Source: Peptococcaceae bacterium (GTDB taxonomy: Bacteria; Bacillota; DSM-12270; Thermacetogeniales; Thermacetogeniaceae). Taken from it: a DNA stretch of 33,464 bases. The DNA lies in contig PKYJ01000028.1 of assembly GCA_003132605.1 (NCBI GenBank), positions 1 through 33,464 of the forward strand, in the 5' to 3' direction. Below, in pieces: positions 17,950 through 23,478 of this stretch (the first letter of the stretch is position 1; each line of letters starts with the position of its first letter). Under the pieces are notes generated by a model that saw nothing but the letters and a program-made list of their open reading frames with translations, did no database searches and was not told the origin of the DNA. A program made the translations under genes and the position numbers.

Positions 17950-18447
17950 TTACTCATCACACAAGCCATGCAAGGCGAATCGCTCTTTAAGATGCCGGGC
18001 CACCTGCTCCGAGACCAGCCCGCCGATATCGCCCCCGAGGCTGGCAACTTCCTTGACGATGCTCGAACTCAGGTACGAGTATTTGGGTTGAGCCACCAGA
18101 AAGACTGTCTCTATCTCCGGACCGAGTTTCCGGTTCATCAATGCCATCTGAAACTCGTTCTCGAAATCGGAGATAGCACGTAGGCCCCGTACGACGATCC
18201 GGGCATTTTTCTGCTTCACAAATTCGGTCAGCAAACCTTTGAAGCAGTTTACCTCAATGTTCGGAAGCCGGGCCGACTCCCGGGCGATCATCTCCACCCG
18301 CTCTTCCATGGTGAAAAGGGGTTGTTTGCCCGGGTTGAGACAGACGGCCACGATCACCCGGTCAAAGACTGCAGCCGCCCTTTCGATGATATCCAGGTGC
18401 CCATAAGTGATCGGGTCGAAACTGCCCGGATAGACAGCTATGGCCAT
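17950..18447 (-). CDS. coaD: pantetheine-phosphate adenylyltransferase
   Basis: MAIAVYPGSFDPITYGHLDIIERA... is the canonical CoaD N-terminus. Confidence 0.95.
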   Translation of the reverse strand: MAIAVYPGSFDPITYGHLDIIERAAAVFDRVIVAVCLNPGKQPLFTMEERVEMIARESARLPNIEVNCFKGLLTEFVKQKNARIVVRGLRAISDFENEFQMALMNRKLGPEIETVFLVAQPKYSYLSSSIVKEVASLGGDIGGLVSEQVARHLKERFALHGLCDE

Positions 18448-18465
18448 GTCAATGTCCTCCCTGGA

Positions 18466-19032
18466 TTACTTTTGTTCTCCCCGGCCAGGGAAAAATCTCA
18501 GCACGCTATCCCCGTAAGTCCTGGTCTTGATTGGGGCGATCCCCGCCGCAGCCTGTTCTCCTATATAACTGCGCGTGACGATCAATCCGTCAGGCGCCAT
18601 CAGTTCAAGCCGCAACAACATGTCCAGAGTCGGGGCCACCAGGCCCTTCCTGAAAGGAGGGTCGATGAAGGCCAGGTTGAACCCGGGTCCATCCCTTTGC
18701 AACCGAGCCAGAGCCTGCAAAGCATCTCCTACATAGATCCGCCCCTGTGGGGTAAATCCGGTAACATCCAGGTTGTCCCTGATCAGGGCGGCTGTAAGTG
18801 GGTCTTTCTCTATAAACAGCGCCTGCCTGGCCCCCCGGCTTAAGGCTTCGATGCCGATGCTTCCACTGCCGGCGAAAAGGTCGAGGAAAAGAGTGTCCCT
18901 TACCCTCAAGGCCAGCATATCAAAGAGGGCCTCTTTGATGAAGTCCGTTACCGGCCGGAGGTTCATCGTCTTTCTGGTTTTCAGCCTCCTGCCTTTCGCA
19001 ATGCCGCTGATTACCCGCAGTCCGCTCAACAA
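18466..19032 (-). CDS. rsmD: 16S rRNA (guanine966-N2)-methyltransferase RsmD
   Basis: ..RVISGIAKGRRLKTRKTMNLRPVTDFIKEALFDML...FLDLFAGSGSIGIEALSRGA...FIDPPF. TTG start 7 nt after GTGGGAG. The rsmD-coaD (ylbH-ylbI) synteny supports the call. Confidence 0.9.
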   Translation of the reverse strand: MLSGLRVISGIAKGRRLKTRKTMNLRPVTDFIKEALFDMLALRVRDTLFLDLFAGSGSIGIEALSRGARQALFIEKDPLTAALIRDNLDVTGFTPQGRIYVGDALQALARLQRDGPGFNLAFIDPPFRKGLVAPTLDMLLRLELMAPDGLIVTRSYIGEQAAAGIAPIKTRTYGDSVLRFFPGRGEQK

Positions 19033-19249
19033 AATCTTGCTCCCACTCGGAAAAGCTCTTAAGAATTATAGAAAACTTGGCTTGCGCCGAGCTCTAGCGC
19101 AGGCGGAATTTCATCCAAATAAGTATAACATAAAGAACCTGAAAATGCCTATTAGATTAGGAATTTAGATTATTTTAAGTGATTTTTTGGGCTGCCACAA
19201 TGTAATATATTACCATTATGTTTTTTGTATAAATAAATGCGGTTTGTAC

Positions 19250-19458
19250 AGAATAGGTAATGGCTAAAGGGTCTTCATGGGAAAGGAACTTGATACCAGA
19301 CCTGCAAAGACGCAGCAAGGATTACAGCTAACCTTTCTCGTGAGCTCTTCCTCCAGTTTCTCCTCTCCCACGCCATTGAGTGCGTCTTTACTTCGGTGAG
19401 CGCACTCAGTGGCGACGCTAAACCGAACCATAAGCAGCCGGCTGCTTATGGTTTTTTT
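19250..19458 (+). ncRNA. candidate small RNA (5' end not defined)
   Basis: A 19-bp UUCG-capped hairpin (19371-19414) has three G-U pairs that would be A-C on the other strand. A strong plus-strand intrinsic terminator follows. A CU-rich stretch CTCTTCCTCCAGTTTCTCCTCTCCC lies upstream. There is no convincing ORF. No known RNA family was recognised. Confidence 0.3.
19426..19458 (+). terminator. intrinsic terminator (strong on the plus strand; may also serve the convergent 86-aa ORF)
   Basis: AACCATAAGCAGC-CG-GCTGCTTATGGTT followed by TTTTTTT on the plus strand. On the minus strand the stem is followed only by CGGUUUAG. Confidence 0.7.
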
Positions 19459-19706
19459 ATTTCCGGAGCCAGCAGCCTGGCCCCAAACCCGCGCTCCTGC
19501 AATATTCCCCTAATCTTCTGCAGCGCTTCCTTGATGCCGTTGATTGTTGCTTCCAGGCTTATACCGGTGCTGGAGATACGTATGCCAGTCCGGCGCAGGA
19601 GGTACTGGCGTCCCTGTTCCAGGTTCTGCAGTTCACCCCTCAGCCGGTCCAGTTCTTTCATCAGGTCTTCACTGTTCATACGGGAATAGCGCCTATCTTT
19701 TGACAT
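19446..19706 (-). CDS. hypothetical small coiled-coil protein
   Basis: 86-aa ORF MSKDRRYSRMNSEDLMKELDRLRGELQNLEQGRQYLL... has protein-like charged/helical composition, unlike the overlapping plus-strand ORFs. GAAGGAG lies 15 nt upstream, a long spacing. No family was recognised. Confidence 0.45.
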   Translation of the reverse strand: MSKDRRYSRMNSEDLMKELDRLRGELQNLEQGRQYLLRRTGIRISSTGISLEATINGIKEALQKIRGILQERGFGARLLAPEIKKP

Positions 19707-19823
19707 CAGTCTTCCGTGTTACTCCTTCATCCTGGTTCATGCCATAAGTTTATCATGAAATCCTCATCAACGCTAAATGACTTGCGACACAAGGGGCATA
19801 TAAAGCGCAACCTCAGCTTTTAA

Positions 19824-19853
19824 TTGTCTGGACACCCGTGTTTATGTTAAAAT
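19824..19853 (+). promoter_or_regulatory. putative sigma-A promoter with extended -10
   Basis: TTGTCT-18 nt-TAAAAT, with TG one nt upstream of the -10 (TGTTAAAAT). It lies ~130 nt upstream of the SD+ATG at 19988. Confidence 0.45.
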
Positions 19854-19987
19854 CAACCTAATAAAGCTCCTTCTTTCCCCAATCCACATCAATGCAACTG
19901 ACTCTTCGTCAACTCCTTTTCACTTGCCCTGATTCCCTTGTCGCTCTGTAGGTTCACCTTAAAAAATTAAACCAGGGAGTGATGATA

Positions 19988-20327
19988 ATGGATATATATC
20001 CCTGAGCACCGTGACGATGACCTGTGCGCTGATTGCGGCGGCAAATGCTGCCTGATCTACGGCCCGTCTCAAAACCTGAAGCGGCAGAGACTGCATGAGG
20101 ATGAAAAACATCTCTTTGGCGGTGGTCACTATCTGGAATATGGCGTTGACCCGTTGTCCGAGAAGATACACCCGCATGCCTGTGAATACCTGGGATTGAA
20201 TGGATGTATCATTCCCTGGGAAAGACGGCCGCCGATCTGTAAAAATTACCGCTGCGGCATATGGCGCGATCTGACCAATAGGCAAAAAAAGTCCGGCAGT
20301 CGCCATCTGCCGGTTAAAGAAAAGTGA
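19988..20327 (+). CDS. YkgJ-like CxxCxxCC-type cysteine-cluster protein, interrupted (+1 shift needed after codon 5)
   Basis: Not in the ORF track. AGGGAG-8 nt-ATG GAT ATA TAT CCC TGA. In the +1 frame from 20001, 108 open codons read PEHRDDDLCADCGGKCCLIYGP...HACEYLGLNGCIIPWERRPPICKNYRCGIW...VKEK*. This resembles the YkgJ/UPF0153 pattern (CxxC..CC ... C.FL..G.C.IY..RP..C..Y). There is no in-frame ATG or GTG anywhere, and the only in-frame TTG is about 50 codons in. Confidence 0.6.
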
Positions 20328-20340
20328 CAATAAGTTTAAC

Positions 20341-20372
20341 AAAAAAACTCCCGCCCCATTAGAGGCCGGAGT
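20341..20372 (-). terminator. intrinsic terminator (expression platform of the cobalamin riboswitch)
   Basis: Minus strand ACUCCGGCC-UCUAAUGG-GGCGGGAGU followed by UUUUUUU. The stem has one G-G mismatch. Confidence 0.65.
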
Positions 20373-20399
20373 AAAAAAACATTATCTATCAATGCTATC

Positions 20400-20575
20400 T
20401 TCTACCTGGGAAGGTACAACACGCCGTGCTTCCGGGCAGGTCTCCTGGCTCATGGCTCATTGCCCCGGCGCTGCCTTCCCGGATCAACTCCAGTGGCACG
20501 TTAGCGCTGGCTACCATTTACAGTGGCCGGACCCGCTCAGGTTTTTCACCTGATTCCCTTTTCCCGAATGCGACT
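20400..20575 (-). promoter_or_regulatory. cobalamin (B12) riboswitch aptamer
   Basis: The minus strand carries the conserved blocks GGGAATCAGGTGAAAAACCTGAGCGGGTCCGGCCACTGT, GTGCCACTGG...CCGGGAAGGC and the B12 box GAGCCAGGAGACCTGCC (20432-20451). Order and spacing match the cobalamin riboswitch consensus. Confidence 0.85.
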
Positions 20576-20624
20576 ATTCAGTTCTACTTTAACTTATCAT
20601 AAGCTTTCCGGTAAATCCAGATCT

Positions 20625-20819
20625 TTATACCTGAACCTGTTCCAGGATAACCTTGTGGTCGACCAGATTCAACTCCTTGATGTGCGCCTTGATCATCTTG
20701 CGCTGGCCAAAGATATTCTCCAGCACCAGGCCATCCTCATAGGGCAGCACGCTGTCCACATTCTCCATAAAGAGCTCATCCTTGTCATCCTTGCGCACAT
20801 AGGCATGTGCTTCGCACAC
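20625..20819 (-). CDS. CooT-family small protein (putative nickel-binding; formerly 'predicted RNA-binding protein')
   Basis: GTG at 20819 lies 6 nt after GGGGGTG and gives MCEAHAYVRKDDKDELFMENVDSVLPYEDGLVLENIFGQRKMIKAHIKELNLVDHKVILEQ. This matches the MCEANAY...NIFGE.K...I....L..HKI pattern of the CooT family as I recall it. The track start (20834) adds 5 residues before the conserved Cys2. Confidence 0.7.
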   Translation of the reverse strand: MCEAHAYVRKDDKDELFMENVDSVLPYEDGLVLENIFGQRKMIKAHIKELNLVDHKVILEQVQV

Positions 20820-20943
20820 CGGCGACACCCCCATTTATTTTGACTAAATTTTAAGCGGTTGATCTTCCATCCGATTAGGCATGATCCTGGTTTACCTCAG
20901 TCCTATTATAACATCAGGCTACCAACTGTTGCAGGTCTTCCCA

Positions 20944-21546
20944 TCATTGAGGTTCGTTTTTCGAAGTTGACACCTGATCGTAAAGCTCCTTGATCTTCTT
21001 GAAATCCTCCCACACCGGCTTCTTCTTGTTGGCATCCCTCAAAATGGCCGCAGGATGAAAGGTCGGGACGATCTTGATACCGCCCTTTTCATAGACATTG
21101 CCCCGAACCACGGTAATCTTGGCATCATTATGAACCAGGTATTGGGTGGACAACGCCCCCAGACAGACGATCAGGCGCGGCTGGATCAGTTCGATCTGCC
21201 TAACCAGGTAGACAAAGCACGCCTCCGCCTCATCCTTCTTGGGGATGCGGTTGCCCGGAGGACGGCACTTGGCGATGTTGGTGATGTAGACATCGCTGCG
21301 CTGAAGCCCCACCGACTCCATGATCTTCTCCAATAGTTGTCCCGCAGCGCCGACAAAGGGTTTCCCCAGGCGGTCCTCGTCGACCCCCGGGGCCTCTCCG
21401 ACAAACATCAACCTGGCATCCGGGGCACCGTCCCCGAACACCACACCGCGGGCATTATCCCTCAAACTGCAGCGGTGGCACTGCAGGCAATGCTGCTGCA
21501 GGTTGGCGAGGTCATCATATTGGTCGAGCAACGGCAGCCATTTCAC
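20944..21546 (-). CDS. udg: uracil-DNA glycosylase, family 4
   Basis: ..C..C.L......VFGDGAPDARLMFVGEAPGVDEDRLGKPFVGAAGQLL...ITNIAKCRPPGNR...HPAAILR is the family-4 UDG signature. Confidence 0.9.
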   Translation of the reverse strand: MKWLPLLDQYDDLANLQQHCLQCHRCSLRDNARGVVFGDGAPDARLMFVGEAPGVDEDRLGKPFVGAAGQLLEKIMESVGLQRSDVYITNIAKCRPPGNRIPKKDEAEACFVYLVRQIELIQPRLIVCLGALSTQYLVHNDAKITVVRGNVYEKGGIKIVPTFHPAAILRDANKKKPVWEDFKKIKELYDQVSTSKNEPQ

Positions 21547-21580
21547 TATATAAAATAACCTCCTGCTCCAATCAAGATTA

Positions 21581-21620
21581 ACCGATGGCGTAGCCGCTCT
21601 GAAGCCAAGACCCAGTTGAA
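21581..21620 (+). repeat. internally deleted copy of the composite repeat (both termini retained)
   Basis: ACCGATGGCGTAGCCGCTCT corresponds to CACAGATGGCTACCCGCTCT, the left end of 29151-29273. It is joined directly to GAAGCCAAGACCCAGTTGAA, the last 20 nt of module B. It lies between udg and gpr. Confidence 0.7.
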
Positions 21621-21745
21621 TATATTATACTTCTTCAGACTGCCGAAAAAAACCTTGAAAATCGTATAAAAAGTTTGGCCCCTGGTTAATATTAGAGATG
21701 ACAGGAAGCACGTACTATTTTATTTTTCGGGGAGCGCAAATAACC

Positions 21746-22678
21746 ATGGTCAATCTGGACCTGGCAGTGGAAGCCAGGGATCTGGTCAGAGGAACCACCG
21801 GGAAGGAAATACCCGGCGTCTCCGAACAGAAACAGGATTTCCCATACGGCGCCGTCACCATCATCAAGATTCTCGATGAGCGTGCGGAATCGGTGATTGG
21901 CAAGCCGAAGGGAACTTACATCACCATCGAGGCCCCGGATCTCCGGCTCAAGGCGCCCGAAGTCCAGTCCAGCGTTGCCGATGTGCTGGCGCAGCACCTG
22001 CGCAGCCTGTTAAAGACATCCAAAACAGCAACCGTTTTAATCATCGGACTGGGCAACTGGCAGGCAACACCGGACGCCTTGGGACCCACAGTGGTGAAAT
22101 ACTCCCTGATCACGCGCCACCTGCACAAACTCATGCCTGAGATGGTAGAGCACTACAGTTCAGTCTGCGCCTTTGCACCGGGCGTGTTGGGCATCACCGG
22201 CATCGAGACCGCCGAGATCATTCAGGGGATCGTGGAAAAAGTCAAGCCGGAAGCGATCATTGCGGTTGATGCCCTGGCGGCGACAAGGATCGCCAGGTTG
22301 GGGACCACGATCCAGATCGGTGACACCGGCATCTCGCCCGGATCCGGCGTCAACAACAACAGGACCGGAGTCAACCAACAGACCATGGGCGTTCCCGTCA
22401 TCGCCATCGGGGTGCCTACCGTTGTCAATGCCGGCGTGATCATGCAGTCCGCACTTGAGAGTTATCAATCCAAGCTCTCGCAAGGCAGCCGGCTGAGTCC
22501 GGTTCTCTCCAAGGAAGTGCTCAGGGATCTCCTGAAACCATTCGAGGGTTCGCTGATCGTCACGCCGAGAGAAATCGACGACCTGATCCTGAATGCCGGC
22601 CGGACTGTTACCAGGGGGATCACCCTGGCCTTGCACCCGGAAGCGGATAAAGAGGAGATCGAGGCGTTAATGTGTTAA
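21746..22678 (+). CDS. gpr: germination protease GPR
   Basis: MVNLDLAVEARDL...GKPKGTYITIEAP...IGLGNWQATPDALGP...AVDALA...IQIGDTGISPGSGVNN is typical of the GPR endopeptidase family. The ATG at 21746 follows GGGGAG. The track start (21698) is less likely. Confidence 0.9.
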   Translation: MVNLDLAVEARDLVRGTTGKEIPGVSEQKQDFPYGAVTIIKILDERAESVIGKPKGTYITIEAPDLRLKAPEVQSSVADVLAQHLRSLLKTSKTATVLIIGLGNWQATPDALGPTVVKYSLITRHLHKLMPEMVEHYSSVCAFAPGVLGITGIETAEIIQGIVEKVKPEAIIAVDALAATRIARLGTTIQIGDTGISPGSGVNNNRTGVNQQTMGVPVIAIGVPTVVNAGVIMQSALESYQSKLSQGSRLSPVLSKEVLRDLLKPFEGSLIVTPREIDDLILNAGRTVTRGITLALHPEADKEEIEALMC

Positions 22679-22683
22679 AAGTT

Positions 22684-22707
22684 AAAGCGGACCGCAGAGT
22701 CCGCTTT
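22684..22707. terminator. hairpin between convergent gpr and SASP genes (possible bidirectional terminator)
   Basis: AAAGCGGAC-CGCAGA-GTCCGCTTT, a perfect 9-bp stem. The only U-tract is the one inside the stem. Confidence 0.5.
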
Positions 22708-22737
22708 AATCGGCAATCACTAGACGAGACATGGTTG

Positions 22738-22935
22738 TTACTTCGCCGCAATGCTATTCTGGTATTGACTCCAGACTTTCCGAGTCATCTCCCCACCGAT
22801 AGAACCATTGTCACGGGATGAGATGTTGCCCTTGTACCCCTGGTTGTAATCAACTCCCACTTGACCGGCGATCTCGAACTTGAGCTGATCCATAGCCTTT
22901 CTTGCATTGGGGTTCAGAATGGTGTTACGAGCCAT
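22738..22935 (-). CDS. alpha/beta-type small acid-soluble spore protein
   Basis: 65 aa, MARNTILNPNARKAMDQLKFEIAGQVGVDYNQGYKGNISSRDNGSIGGEMTRKV... carries the SASP motifs (..A.DQ.K.E.A...GV.., ..SR.NGS.GGEMT). SD AAAGGAGGTG. Confidence 0.9.
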   Translation of the reverse strand: MARNTILNPNARKAMDQLKFEIAGQVGVDYNQGYKGNISSRDNGSIGGEMTRKVWSQYQNSIAAK

Positions 22936-23009
22936 TAGTATGCACCTCCTTTCATCCTTAATACTTGCGACAACTACCGAACCACCACCTGGTTTCGAAG
23001 AAGAAGGTG

Positions 23010-23207
23010 TTACCGTGCCGCAATGCTATTCTGGTACTGCTCCCAGACCTTACGGGTCATGTTCCCACCGACATAACCGTTGTCACGGGATGGAAGGTCA
23101 CCCTTGTAAGCCTGGTTGTAGTCGACCCCAACCGAGTTCGCAACTTCCATCTTGAACTGATCCATGGCCTTCCTTGCATTCGGGTTCAGGATAGTGTTTC
23201 GAGCCAC
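23010..23207 (-). CDS. alpha/beta-type small acid-soluble spore protein (tandem paralogue)
   Basis: 65 aa, (GTG)ARNTILNPNARKAMDQFKMEVANSVGVDYNQAYKGDLPSRDNGYVGGNMTRKV... SD AAAGGAGGTG 8 nt upstream of a GTG start. A forespore-type promoter-like GTATC-17 nt-CAAACTA lies near 23270-23300 (weak call). Confidence 0.9.
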   Translation of the reverse strand: MARNTILNPNARKAMDQFKMEVANSVGVDYNQAYKGDLPSRDNGYVGGNMTRKVWEQYQNSIAAR

Positions 23208-23412
23208 CTGGTACGCACCTCCTTTCGTTGGACGCTTGACGTCGCTTTTTTATTTTGTTCAGGTTCTACATATAGTTTGATTAAAAGTCGCCTAAAGATA
23301 CTAGTAAGATGACGCCAAAATTCATAATAATTTGAAGACATAATGATAAAAACTATGATTTGCGCCATATTTACGATATTTCCAATATAAGTTACAATCT
23401 AAACTAGATACC

Positions 23413-23442
23413 AAAAAAGCCTCGATTATAAAGAATCGAGGC
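23413..23442 (-). terminator. intrinsic terminator after recG
   Basis: Minus strand GCCUCGAUU-CUUUAU-AAUCGAGGC followed by UUUUUU. Confidence 0.75.
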
Positions 23443-23478
23443 ATCCTGTAGAATTATTCATCATTTATACTCTATTTT

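Noticed and set aside
17958-18047. Extension of the coiled-coil ORF up to 18047.
   Set aside because: It overlaps the 3' end of coaD by ~100 nt in another frame and has no SD.
19250-19460. Identification of the candidate sRNA as 6S RNA, SRP RNA, a T-box or a known riboswitch.
   Set aside because: There is no 5'/3' closing helix with a central bubble (6S). There is no GGAA-tetraloop or AGCAGCC domain IV motif (SRP). There is no T-box AGGGTGGNACCGCG sequence. It was left as an unclassified candidate.
19959-20342. 127-aa minus-strand ORF directly downstream of the cobalamin riboswitch, which would be its natural regulated gene.
   Set aside because: Its TTG start lies inside the terminator U-tract and it has no SD. 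The sequence (MLNLLSLFFNRQMATAGLFLPIGQ...) has no recognisable family features. The opposite strand encodes a recognisable YkgJ-like Cys-cluster protein. It is kept as the explicit alternative in the riboswitch finding.
20835-20905. Possible NiCo or other metal riboswitch in the leader of the cooT-like gene.
   Set aside because: The leader is only ~75 nt and shows none of the conserved junction sequence of the NiCo (czcD) motif that I can recall.
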